Source: Thermoanaerobaculia bacterium
Lineage (GTDB): Bacteria > Acidobacteriota > Thermoanaerobaculia > Gp7-AA8
Length of the DNA: 64,000 bases
Assembly (NCBI GenBank): GCA_035544675.1
Contig: DATKCA010000026.1
Coordinates: forward strand, 11,671-75,670
Reading direction: 5' to 3'
Positions 53,294 through 62,137 of this stretch are shown in pieces. A model generated the notes under the pieces. That model was not told the DNA's origin, did not search any database, and saw nothing but the letters and a program-made list of their open reading frames with translations. The position numbers were made by a program, and so were the translations under genes. Numbering within the stretch: position 1 is the stretch's first letter; each line of letters opens with the position of its first letter.

Positions 53294-53767
53294 TCAGCGC
53301 CCCGTGCCGTTCACGATGAAGTCCGGCAGGTAGCCCTTCAGCTGCGTCGGGGCCTGCGGCACGACGATGGCGTCCTTGTCGCACACCGACTCGCACAGGC
53401 GGCAGGCCACGCACTTGGGCTTGTCCACGTACGCGAGCTTGTAGTGGTTGGCCACCGTCTCGTCGTGCGCATCGACCATGCTGATGCACTCGAACGGGCA
53501 GATGTCCACACAGAACTCGCATCCCGTGCAGAGCTCATTGATCACCTCGGCCTTGGGGATCTCCTTCGGCTTCACCCGGGGGATGAACGTGCCGTGCTGG
53601 TTCTGGATGGCGTCCACCGGGCAGTAGATCCCGCACACCGAACAGTCGATGCACCGCTCGGGGTGGATGTAGAACTGCCCCTTCATCTCCCCCCAGATGG
53701 TGTTTGTGGGGCACTTGACCTCACAAACTCCGCACCCGATGCATTTGTCTGTAATGAAATGTGGCAT
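53294..53767 (-). CDS. polyferredoxin with four [4Fe-4S]-type Cys motifs
   Basis: Motifs CIGCGVCEVKCP, CIDCSVCGIYCP, CTGCEFCVDICP and CVACRLCESVC. Confidence 0.9.
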   Translation of the reverse strand: MPHFITDKCIGCGVCEVKCPTNTIWGEMKGQFYIHPERCIDCSVCGIYCPVDAIQNQHGTFIPRVKPKEIPKAEVINELCTGCEFCVDICPFECISMVDAHDETVANHYKLAYVDKPKCVACRLCESVCDKDAIVVPQAPTQLKGYLPDFIVNGTGR

Positions 53768-53852
53768 TTTTCGAAGGCGCCGATCAGTGTAGCCGAACGG
53801 TCAAGAGAACCGGCCCGGGCCACTCGCTACTCCCGCGGTACAATCCGGGGCA

Positions 53853-55289
53853 GTGAGGGGAGACGGGCGAACGGGCGTCCTGGTTGGCGTCATCCTTCTT
53901 TATCTCGCGCTGCGGGTGCCGCTCCTTCTGGCGCGCGAGCCCTTCTTCGACGAGCTCCTGACGGTGTGGTACGCGAAGAAGCCGGTCACGCAACACTGGT
54001 CGATCCTGGTCCGCGACTCCGGTTCGCCGCTCTACACGGCCGTGGCGCGGGCCTGCGAGCTCGTGGCGGGCTTCACCGTCGGAAGCGGGCGCATCCTTTC
54101 GATGATCTTCGGACTCGGCGCCCTCATCCTCTGCTTCCGGCTTTACGGTCTGGCGGCCGCGGCCGCATTGGCGGCGTACCCGGCCCACGTCTTTTTCTCC
54201 ACCGAGGCGCGGGCGTACTCCCTTGCGGCGATGCTGATCGGGGTTGCGGCGCTCTGTCTGTACCGGTGGAATGGGGTGCCGCGGTCCGCGGGCGCCGGCG
54301 AGAACAGCGGCGCTTCATCGATCCGATGGCTCATTGCCGGCACGCTCGCGCTCGTGCTCGCCGCCTACACGCACAGCTACGGCGTGCTCTTCTTCCCGCT
54401 GCCGTTCGTGCTCGCGCTGTTGCGACGTCATTCCGGCATCCTCCACGGTCTCCTGGCATCGGCGGCGGCGGGCGTGCTCTTTCTCCCCGGCTTCTGGCTG
54501 GCCAGCCAGCAGCCTCTGGCCTCGATCGACTGGATGCGCGCGGAGAGCCTGGCCGGAAGGCTCTGGCTGGTGGCCGGCTCGTTTCTCCAGCTCGGCTACG
54601 CGGCGCCGTACCAGCCCCTGTTCCTCACCACGCCTCACGTGCTGCTGCAGATCGTCTCCGCGCTGGTGGTGGGGGCCGTGGTGATCGCCGGCGTCACCAG
54701 GAGCGAGTCCGCGCGCTTCTTCGCGGTCTTCATCCTCGTCCCCATCGCCGCCCTCTTCGCCTTCGCCGCCGCCGGCAGGACGTTCTACTTCCCCACCCGC
54801 TTCGAATCGACGCTGTCGGTTCCGTTCGCGCTGCTGCTGGCATCGGCGCTGCTGGTCATTCCGCGGAAGGCGTCGATCGCCGCGCTGACGGCGCTGGTGG
54901 CCATCGGCTCGCTGGTGGCCATCCGCTCCGCCGCCGGCCACACCGCGCAGCCCTCCACTCCCTACCGGATCGTCGCGGAGTTCATCAGCAGACACGCGCC
55001 CGCGAACGAGCCGCTCGTGGCCAGCGGCTACGCATACCTCGAGCTGATCAGCGCGACGGATGAGCGGCGCACGCGCGCGTTTCCGTCCGAACAGGCCGTC
55101 CATCCCGGCTGGATCGCTCCGTCGGACCGCGCCGTTCTGCGCGGCGAGCTCGGGGGCCTCCCGGCCCGATTCGTCTGGATGGGCGTGGCCGGCACGGCCG
55201 AGGCGCAGGTTCTGGAGGAGCGGTTCTCGCTGCGCATGATTTTCAACGACGGCCGAGTCGTGGCCGCCCTGGCAGAGGAAAAATCATGA
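53853..55289 (+). CDS. polytopic membrane glycosyltransferase, ArnT/PMT (GT-C, GT39)-like
   Basis: Eleven or more TMs, with an acidic first loop (EPFFDE). It is translationally coupled (ATGA) to a GT2 polyprenyl-phosphate sugar transferase. GTG start at 53853. Confidence 0.6.
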   Translation: MRGDGRTGVLVGVILLYLALRVPLLLAREPFFDELLTVWYAKKPVTQHWSILVRDSGSPLYTAVARACELVAGFTVGSGRILSMIFGLGALILCFRLYGLAAAAALAAYPAHVFFSTEARAYSLAAMLIGVAALCLYRWNGVPRSAGAGENSGASSIRWLIAGTLALVLAAYTHSYGVLFFPLPFVLALLRRHSGILHGLLASAAAGVLFLPGFWLASQQPLASIDWMRAESLAGRLWLVAGSFLQLGYAAPYQPLFLTTPHVLLQIVSALVVGAVVIAGVTRSESARFFAVFILVPIAALFAFAAAGRTFYFPTRFESTLSVPFALLLASALLVIPRKASIAALTALVAIGSLVAIRSAAGHTAQPSTPYRIVAEFISRHAPANEPLVASGYAYLELISATDERRTRAFPSEQAVHPGWIAPSDRAVLRGELGGLPARFVWMGVAGTAEAQVLEERFSLRMIFNDGRVVAALAEEKS

Positions 55290-56239
55290 CGGCGGACCTC
55301 TCGATCGTCATCCCGATCTACAACGAGGAAGAGAACATCCCCGAGCTGTGGCGGCGCCTCGAAGCGGAGATGGCCGGCCTGCCCCGCTCCACGGAGGTGA
55401 TCTTCGTGGACGACCGGAGCAGGGACAACTCCCTCTCCCTGCTCGGCGATCTCGCCGCGCGGGAGCGCCGCGTCAAGGTCGTGGCTCTCTCGCGCAACTT
55501 CGGACATCAGCGCGCGCTCACCGCCGGCCTCGACTTCGCGAACGGCAGCGCGGTGGTGCTCATGGACGGTGACCTGCAGGACGACCCCGCCGCGATCGGC
55601 CGGTTCGTGGAGCGTTGGCGCGAGGGATTCCAGGTCGTCTACGCCATCCGGGAGAAGCGGAAGGAGGGCTTCATCAAGCGCGCCGCCTTCGCCACGTTCT
55701 ACCGGCTGCAGTCTGCGGTCTCCGGCATCACCGTTCCGGTGGACGCCGGGATCTTCTCGCTGCTCGACCGCAAAGTCGTGGAGCAGCTGCGCAGGATGCC
55801 GGAGCGCAACCGCTACATCAGCGGCCTTCGCGCGTACGCGGGGTTCCGGCAGACCGGGATCGCCGTCGAGCGCGGCCCGCGTCATCGCGGAAGACCGCGC
55901 GTCCGCATCCGCGATCTCTTCCGCCTGGCCTTCGACGGCATCTTCGGCTTCTCCACCGTGCCGCTCAAACTGGCCACGTGGCTCGGCCTGATCTGCGCGG
56001 CCACGTCATTCGTCATCGGCACGATCGGGCTCTACTACAAGCTCGTGCTGGACCGTCCCTTCCTCTCCTGGGCCTACGGCCTGACCACCACCTTCTTCCT
56101 CGGCGGCGTCCAGCTGCTGGCCCTGGGGATCATCGGGGAGTACATCGGAAGGATCTATGAAGAGGTGAAGGGGAGACCGAACTACATCGTGGATCGGGTG
56201 ATTGGGGGGAGGGAGAACGATGAACGGGGCGATGAATGA
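55286..56239 (+). CDS. GT2 polyprenyl-phosphate glycosyltransferase (ArnC/DPM1-like)
   Basis: Contains SIVIPIYNEEENI, IFVDDRSRDNS, NFGHQRAL and MDGDLQDDP, plus two C-terminal TMs. Confidence 0.9.
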   Translation: MTADLSIVIPIYNEEENIPELWRRLEAEMAGLPRSTEVIFVDDRSRDNSLSLLGDLAARERRVKVVALSRNFGHQRALTAGLDFANGSAVVLMDGDLQDDPAAIGRFVERWREGFQVVYAIREKRKEGFIKRAAFATFYRLQSAVSGITVPVDAGIFSLLDRKVVEQLRRMPERNRYISGLRAYAGFRQTGIAVERGPRHRGRPRVRIRDLFRLAFDGIFGFSTVPLKLATWLGLICAATSFVIGTIGLYYKLVLDRPFLSWAYGLTTTFFLGGVQLLALGIIGEYIGRIYEEVKGRPNYIVDRVIGGRENDERGDE

Positions 56240-56413
56240 TGAAGGATGAAGGATGAACGTCCTCGCTCCGAGGCGTCAATCCACTTTCATCAACGTTTGA
56301 AGGATGAAGGATGAAGGATGAACGCGCTGAACGCGCCCTTGGTTCATCGTTCATCGTTCATCGTTCCCCTGTGATCTGTGGAACTGTGATCTGTGAACTG
56401 TGATCCACCACAC
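56231..56413. repeat. block of consecutive heptamer arrays: (GATGAAG)n, (GGATGAA)n, (GTTCATC)n, (TGTGATC/TGTGAAC)n
   Basis: Read directly from the sequence. The first array overlaps the GT2 stop codon (56237-56239). Confidence 0.85.
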
Positions 56414-56676
56414 GGCCAGCAGCTCCGAAATTCCGTGCCTTCATCCTTCATCCTTCATCCTTCGAACGCGGCGAACGGTGATGGTGGATCTGAACGAGGA
56501 TGTTCATCACTCATCACTCATCACCCATCACTCATCCCCGATCACCTCAAGGCCAGCAGCTCCGAAATTCCGTGCCTTCATCCTTCATCCTTCATCCTTC
56601 ATCCTTCGAACCCGGCGGGTGGATCTGAACGAGGATGTTCATCACCCATCACTCATCCCCCATCCCCCCCATCCAC
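56414..56676. repeat. two tandem copies of a ~137-nt unit
   Basis: The units start at 56414 and 56551, both with ggccagcagctccgaaattccgtg + (ccttcat)n + ccttcgaac ... ggtggatctgaacgaggatgttcatcac + (tcatcac)n. They differ in heptamer copy number (3 vs 4, and 4 vs 2) and by an 11-nt indel. Confidence 0.85.
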
Positions 56677-57054
56677 TCAGCCCGTCAGCAGCTCGGAGAT
56701 CGTCTTGATGAGGTGCGAGGACTGGATGGGCTTGGAGATGTAGGCGTTGGCACCGAGGGCCAGTCCGCGCTCCCGGTCCTCTTCGGCCCCTTCGGTGGTG
56801 ATGATGATGATGGGGATGTTCTTGAGCTGGGTGTTCTGACGGACGAGTGAGACGAGCTTGAGGCCGTCCATGACCGGCATGTTGATGTCGGTGAGGATGA
56901 GGTCGATGCGGTCGGGGCCGGAGAGCTTTTTCAGCGCGTCGACACCGTCGACGGCCTCGATGATCTTGGCGTTCTTGAAGCGCTTGAGCGAGAAGGAGAT
57001 CAGCTGGCGCATGGTCGGCGAGTCCTCGACGACCAGAAAATTCGCGTTATCCAT
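56677..57054 (-). CDS. cheY: CheY-like single-domain response regulator
   Basis: Contains FLVVEDS, LILTDINMPVMDG, IIIITTE and NAYISKP. I prefer ATG 57054 over TTG 57060. Confidence 0.88.
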   Translation of the reverse strand: MDNANFLVVEDSPTMRQLISFSLKRFKNAKIIEAVDGVDALKKLSGPDRIDLILTDINMPVMDGLKLVSLVRQNTQLKNIPIIIITTEGAEEDRERGLALGANAYISKPIQSSHLIKTISELLTG

Positions 57055-57072
57055 CGCCAATCCGTTCGCCTC

Positions 57073-57879
57073 TCAATTCGTGGTCAGCAGGTCGAGAAAG
57101 CTCTGAATGGTGTTCAGCTTCCGCTCCGACTGCGAGTAAAGCTTGGATGCGAAGATGGCCGTCGCCGCGTGCGCCGCCAGGAGCGAGAAGAGCTCGTAGT
57201 CGACGGCGGTAAAGGCGTCCTTCTGCTGCAGGAGCCGGTAGATGACGATCAGGCCGATCACGTGGTCCTTGATCTTGAGAGGGACAGCGGCGAGCGGGGT
57301 CTGCAGCGTGACCGCTCCGCCCAGCACGTCGTGGTTGACGTAGTAGCTCTCGCCGGTGCTGGCCACCTGCCCCACGATCCCGTCCCCGAGCTGGATGGAC
57401 AGCGTCTCCAGGCCGGGCGTGATCTCCTGGCCTTCGTAGGCGATGGTCCGGAGCTCGCTCGTTTTCTCATCGAGCAGCAGGATGGCGAACGATTCCGCGC
57501 CGACCAGGTTGATGACGATCTCCTGAACGATCTGGATGACTTCCCTGAAGTCGAGCGTGGAGTGGAGCTGGTAGCTGGCCACGTAGAGGTTGGCGAGGTT
57601 GTTGTTCTGTTCTTCGATCTCGAGGTAGCGGTGCGCGAAGTCCTTGTTCTCGTTCTCCACTTCCTCGTACCGCTGCTGGATCTGCCGGTTCTCCTCGGCC
57701 AGCTGCTGGACCTGCTCGCGCAGCTTCTGCAGCTCCTCCGCGGAGAGACCGCTTTGCTCGGTTTCCAGCGTGGCCACGCGGTAGCGCAGCTTCTGATTCT
57801 CACGGAGGAGCTCCTCGGTGAACTCCTTCCCCTTGTTGAAGAGTTCGAGGAATTTTTCCGCCTTTTGCTCGTCACTCAT
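57073..57879 (-). CDS. coiled-coil plus GAF-domain protein
   Basis: The N-terminal ~100 aa is a heptad-rich coiled coil. The GAF-like core follows: LDFREVIQIVQEIVINLVGAESFAILLLDE...GIVGQVASTGESYYVN...PLKIKDHVIGLIVIY. Confidence 0.8.
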   Translation of the reverse strand: MSDEQKAEKFLELFNKGKEFTEELLRENQKLRYRVATLETEQSGLSAEELQKLREQVQQLAEENRQIQQRYEEVENENKDFAHRYLEIEEQNNNLANLYVASYQLHSTLDFREVIQIVQEIVINLVGAESFAILLLDEKTSELRTIAYEGQEITPGLETLSIQLGDGIVGQVASTGESYYVNHDVLGGAVTLQTPLAAVPLKIKDHVIGLIVIYRLLQQKDAFTAVDYELFSLLAAHAATAIFASKLYSQSERKLNTIQSFLDLLTTN

Positions 57880-57913
57880 GCGCGATCGGACCGGAAATTT
57901 AGACTAGCACACC

Positions 57914-58960
57914 TCATCCTTTGCCCGCGCATAAACGCTGAATGGCGTGAGGGATATCGCGCAGCGCCAACACCGCTTCGACCGCTCCGGTGCGGATCGC
58001 TTCGCCCGGCATCCCGAAGATGATGGCGGACTCCGCCGACTCGGCGATGGTCCGGCCGCCGCGATCGCGGACCGAACGGATGGCCCGGGCGCCGTCCTCA
58101 CCCATGCCGGTGAGCACGACCGCCAGAAGTTTGTCCGCGCAGGCCTCGCTGGCCGTCTGGAAGAGACGGTCGACCGAAGGCGCGTACAGGTCGGATGTCC
58201 TGGACGAGACCACGCGCACGTGCAGTCCATCGGCGGAGCGGATGACTTCGGTCTGCATGCCGCCCGGCGCGATGAGCACCCGTCCTCCCCGGAGCGGCTG
58301 GCCGTCCTCCGCCTCGCTCACCTCGTAGTCGGTGAGCTTGTTCACACGCTCGGCGAACAGGCGCGTGAACGTGGGAGGCATGTGCTGCGCGATCACGAAC
58401 GGGATCGGCATGAGCGGGAGCGACTGAAAGACATGCTGCAGAGCCGGCGGTCCGCCGGTGGAAGACCCGATGGCAATGAGCTCCAGCCCACCCGCACACC
58501 CTTCCTCCGTCGAGATCGGTACCGTCGAAGTACCGAGGTCTTCGTCGACGCGCCGCTTGAGATTATCGATGCGCAGGTCGACGACCTGAAGGACTTTCGC
58601 GATGAGATCCGTCTCGATCTCCTGCAGACGCGGCGAGACGCGCCCGCCCGGCTTGGCGATGAAGTCGATCGCCCCCAGCTCCAGGGCCTTGAACACACTC
58701 TTGTCGCTGGCCTTGGACGACACCGCGATGACCGCCGTCGGCTTGTTGGCCACGATCCATCGCAGGAACGCGAAGCCGTCCATGACCGGCATCTCCAGGT
58801 CGAGCGTGATCACGTCCGGGTTGTGCCGCAGGACCTGCTTGATCCCGTCCTCTCCGTTGACTGCCGTGGCCACGACCTCGATGTCCGGATGCGCCGACAG
58901 GATCCGCGAGATCGTCACCCGGTTGTAGGCGCTGTCGTCGATTACGAGAGCTTTGATCAT
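57914..58960 (-). CDS. cheB: protein-glutamate methylesterase CheB (receiver plus methylesterase)
   Basis: Contains ALVIDDS, VITLDLEMPVMDG, IGSSTGGPPAL and AIIFGMPGEAI. Confidence 0.93.
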   Translation of the reverse strand: MIKALVIDDSAYNRVTISRILSAHPDIEVVATAVNGEDGIKQVLRHNPDVITLDLEMPVMDGFAFLRWIVANKPTAVIAVSSKASDKSVFKALELGAIDFIAKPGGRVSPRLQEIETDLIAKVLQVVDLRIDNLKRRVDEDLGTSTVPISTEEGCAGGLELIAIGSSTGGPPALQHVFQSLPLMPIPFVIAQHMPPTFTRLFAERVNKLTDYEVSEAEDGQPLRGGRVLIAPGGMQTEVIRSADGLHVRVVSSRTSDLYAPSVDRLFQTASEACADKLLAVVLTGMGEDGARAIRSVRDRGGRTIAESAESAIIFGMPGEAIRTGAVEAVLALRDIPHAIQRLCAGKG

Positions 58961-58979
58961 TTCTGTGAAAGCTAGGCCT

Positions 58980-58994
58980 TAGTCCTTAGGACTA
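58980..58994. repeat. 15-nt perfect palindrome TAGTCCTTAGGACTA
   Basis: It overlaps the cheR stop codon (58992-58994) and uses the same word family as 1152, 7924 and 28732. Confidence 0.8.
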
Positions 58995-59843
58995 CTTCTG
59001 ATAAACCATGTCGTTCTTGAGATGCCGGAGCTTGAACTGCGTGGACAGCGAGATCAGCGATTCGGAATGGCCGAGGAGCAGGTACCCGCCCTCGACCAGG
59101 CGGTTGTAGAAGTTGCGAATGACCACCTTCTTCGACGCGTCATCGAAATAGATGATGACGTTGCGGCAGAACACAACGTCGAGCTGGCCGAGCAGTGACA
59201 CGCGCGCCTCGTCGTAGATATTCATGCGGCCGAACGAGACACGGTTGCGGATGTCGTCGGTGATGTGCCACGAACCGTCAGCCTCCTGCGTGAAATACTT
59301 CGCGCGCATCTCCGGCGGCGTGGCCCGGAACGCGCTCTCCCGATAGCTGCCCTTCCGGGCCCTGCTCAGCACGGTGCCGTTCAGGTCGCTGGCGAAGATC
59401 TCGAAGCTGGCCCGGTCGAAGTAGCTCTTCTCCTGCAGCAGCATGGCGATCGAGTACGGCTCCTCCCCCGACGAGCAGCCGGCGGACCAGATCCGGACCT
59501 TCTTGACCGGCTTGCGCGAGAGGATCTCCGGCACGATCTCCTCCACGAACGCCGCGAGCTGCGCCGGCTCGCGGAAGAAGTACGTCTCATTCGTCGTCAC
59601 CAGTTCGAAGATCTGATCGAACTCCGCCTCGGAACGCGGGTCGTACTGGAGGAAGTAGAAGTACTTCTGAAACGAGTCGAAGTTCAGCTCCTTCGCTCGC
59701 GGAGACAGCCGTTTCTGGATGAGGTACTTCGAGGAGTCGGCGAAGAACATCCCGGTCCGCTTGTAGATCTGCTCCCGCAGCTGCCGGAAAATGTCGTCAG
59801 GCAGGTCGAGGTGATGATTCAGCGAGAGGCCGAGGGAAGCCAT
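58992..59843 (-). CDS. cheR: chemotaxis protein methyltransferase CheR
   Basis: Contains TNETYFFREP, IWSAGCSSGEEPYSIAM, FCRNVIIYFD and GGYLLLGHSE. Confidence 0.93.
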   Translation of the reverse strand: MASLGLSLNHHLDLPDDIFRQLREQIYKRTGMFFADSSKYLIQKRLSPRAKELNFDSFQKYFYFLQYDPRSEAEFDQIFELVTTNETYFFREPAQLAAFVEEIVPEILSRKPVKKVRIWSAGCSSGEEPYSIAMLLQEKSYFDRASFEIFASDLNGTVLSRARKGSYRESAFRATPPEMRAKYFTQEADGSWHITDDIRNRVSFGRMNIYDEARVSLLGQLDVVFCRNVIIYFDDASKKVVIRNFYNRLVEGGYLLLGHSESLISLSTQFKLRHLKNDMVYQK

Positions 59844-59846
59844 GCG

Positions 59847-59919
59847 GAAGGATGAAGGCTCAAGGATGAAGGCTGAACGTGTTCAGCGCGTTCATCCTTC
59901 ATCCCTCATCCTTCATCCT
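59847..59919. repeat. heptamer-array hairpin (GGATGAA)n ... (TTCATCC)n
   Basis: ggaaggatgaaggctcaaggatgaaggctgaacg tg ttcagcgcgttcatccttcatccctcatccttcatcc, with the central dyad gctgaac/gttcagc. The right arm encodes the last residues of the HEAT protein. Confidence 0.85.
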
Positions 59920-62137
59920 TTCCTTTCATGGACTGCAGGATCGCTGCGATGACCACCTCACGACGGCTGTCGGCCGTTCTCCACGCTTCCTCGAGCAGAT
60001 CCCGGTAGATGTCCTTGTGCCGGACGAACGTCTCCGTCACGTCGTCGAGCACGGCGGAGTTCTCCAGCGCCTTGAACAGGTGCGGGAAGGAGCCGCGGTC
60101 GGGAATCTTGTCCAGGGCCACGACCGCGGACTGCTGCACGTACGTGTCGCTGTCCTCGAGCGCGCGGTAGAGCGCCGGCAGCGCGGCGGAGTCGGCGCGG
60201 ACTCCCAGCGCCGTCGCCGCGGCGGCGCGGATGCGCCAGTCCTCGTTGCCCAGCGCGGCCACGAGCGCGTCGAAGACGTCCCGGCCGGGAACGCGCGCCA
60301 GCGCCAGCATCGACGAGCGGCGGATCTCCAGATCCTGCTCGGCCGCGCATTTGAAGAGCACGTCTTTCACCGACGCCCTCTCCGACTTGCCCAGCGCCTC
60401 GATCACGGCGATGCGCACCGGCGCGAAGTCACTCTCCAGATGCCGCAGCAGCGGCGTCAGCGCCTTGTCCGACCTGTATTCACCCAGCGCCTGCGCGGCC
60501 GCGGTGCGAATCCAAATGTCGTTGTCCTCGAGGGAGCTGATCAGCGGATCGAGCCCCGTCTCCGGACGCAGCCGCACCACGGCGTTGATGCCGGCCAGAC
60601 GAACCGCCGTCGACTCGTCCGCCAGCGACAGCACGATGTGCTGTCCGAACTGCTCCTCGGCGAACCGGCCCATGAGCGAGACTGCCTTCTGGCGGATGAC
60701 CGGGTCGCTGTCCTTGGACGCCAGCAGCAGCTCGTCGTGATACCCCTCCCCCTGAATGCTGACGTACACCGACAGGGAATTGAGCTTCACCGGGATGGAA
60801 CGCGACTGCAGCAGCTTGCGGATGCTGGTGAGAACGTTCTCCTTGATCTGCGGATGAGCCTTGACGAGCGCGGTCAGCGAGTTCATCGCCGCCTGCTGGG
60901 ACGGGACGTCGGGATCGTCGAGCCTGGCCAGGAGGAACTCGACCGACGCGGGATCGGGCACCTCCCCGAGCGTCTCCACGGCCAGGCGGCGGATCATCGG
61001 ATTGTCATGCGTGAGGAACTGGATGATGCGCGGCACCGCTTCGCGGCCGCCCACCGCGTTCACCACGCGCAGGAGAAGCGCCACGACCTCGTCCTCTTCC
61101 GCGTTGCGGAGGGCCTCGAGGATGGCCGGCATGGCCCCGCTGCCGTAGTCGATCAACGCCTGCGCGGCCACCTCGGAGGTATCGGGCTCTTCGAGATAGC
61201 GGAGCAATACCGGAAGGGCCATCGCATCGCCCGACCATCCCAGGAACTTGAGGATGAAGGCGCGGACGTCGCGCTTCGGAGTGGTGTGCAGGTGCTCGAT
61301 GAGCGGCTGGACTTTCTCGTGGGGAAACGACTCCCGGAACTTCCGCTGGATGAGGGCGCGCTCGGCCTGTTCCACGATGCGCGGCTTCGAGGTCTCGGCG
61401 ATGCGCACCAGGGCCCTGAGCGCGGTCAGGTTGAGCTTCTCCTCATCGGCGATGATGCGGAGGAGGAAGCTGACCGTGCCGACGTCGGCGATCTTGCCGA
61501 TCGACTCGAGGACCGGCTTGCGCAGCGACTTCTCCGCGTACAGCGGGAGGATGCTGGGCAGGGCGGCGCGATCGCCGATCTCGCCGAGAGACTCGACGAT
61601 GTGGAACTTGAGCCAGAGGTCGTCGCGGCGGCGGAGCGCGCCGATGAGGCGGGGCAGCGCCGCGGCATCACGGTATTTCCCGACCGACGAGACCGCCGAT
61701 GAGGCCAGATTGATGTCGTCCTCGCGATCGATGATGTCGAGGAGCATGGCGAAGCCATCCTCGCTTCGCAGGTCTCCGAGGAGATTGACCAGGCAGAGGC
61801 GGACGTCGGCGTCGGACTCGGCGCGGAGGCGCTCGACGATCGGCTGGATGGCCGGCGGCCCGATCCGGATCAGCGCCTCGGTCGACGAGTTGCGCTTGCC
61901 GGCGTTCTCCCCATCGGCCAGGGCGTTGATGAGGCCCTCCACCACGCGCGGCGAGGGCTCGCGCACCAGGCCGTCCACGATGGTCTTGCGCACGCGCCAG
62001 TCGCGGTCGCCGAGAAGCTCGAACATGAGGGGGAGGTCGCCCGCGCCGGCGGTCTGGGCCACCGTCTGGGCCGCCTTCTGCCGCGTGTCGGGGTCGGCCG
62101 AGCGGGCCTGGGCGAGGATCTGCGGGTCTGCGGTCAT
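59906..62137 (-). CDS. large HEAT-repeat protein (743 aa)
   Basis: About 20 tandem repeats of the D..VR..A..ALG...D..A...L type run throughout. ATG 62137 overlaps the upstream stop as ATGA. The last codons lie in a heptamer hairpin. Confidence 0.8.
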   Translation of the reverse strand: MTADPQILAQARSADPDTRQKAAQTVAQTAGAGDLPLMFELLGDRDWRVRKTIVDGLVREPSPRVVEGLINALADGENAGKRNSSTEALIRIGPPAIQPIVERLRAESDADVRLCLVNLLGDLRSEDGFAMLLDIIDREDDINLASSAVSSVGKYRDAAALPRLIGALRRRDDLWLKFHIVESLGEIGDRAALPSILPLYAEKSLRKPVLESIGKIADVGTVSFLLRIIADEEKLNLTALRALVRIAETSKPRIVEQAERALIQRKFRESFPHEKVQPLIEHLHTTPKRDVRAFILKFLGWSGDAMALPVLLRYLEEPDTSEVAAQALIDYGSGAMPAILEALRNAEEDEVVALLLRVVNAVGGREAVPRIIQFLTHDNPMIRRLAVETLGEVPDPASVEFLLARLDDPDVPSQQAAMNSLTALVKAHPQIKENVLTSIRKLLQSRSIPVKLNSLSVYVSIQGEGYHDELLLASKDSDPVIRQKAVSLMGRFAEEQFGQHIVLSLADESTAVRLAGINAVVRLRPETGLDPLISSLEDNDIWIRTAAAQALGEYRSDKALTPLLRHLESDFAPVRIAVIEALGKSERASVKDVLFKCAAEQDLEIRRSSMLALARVPGRDVFDALVAALGNEDWRIRAAAATALGVRADSAALPALYRALEDSDTYVQQSAVVALDKIPDRGSFPHLFKALENSAVLDDVTETFVRHKDIYRDLLEEAWRTADSRREVVIAAILQSMKGKDEG

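Noticed and set aside
56231-56676. Possible CRISPR array, given the many short repeats and a 137-nt periodicity.
   Set aside because: The repeat period is 7 nt with no unique 25-40 nt spacers. The 137-nt units are near-duplicates of each other. There are no cas genes in the window.
56393-56743. ORFs translating the heptamer arrays (HPSSFILHPS... peptides). ORFs 56400..56708, 21302..21904 and the start of 59879..61702 are similar.
   Set aside because: The low-complexity periodic peptides are produced by the 7-nt repeats themselves. The same peptide appears wherever the word occurs, in any context. There is no start or SD context.
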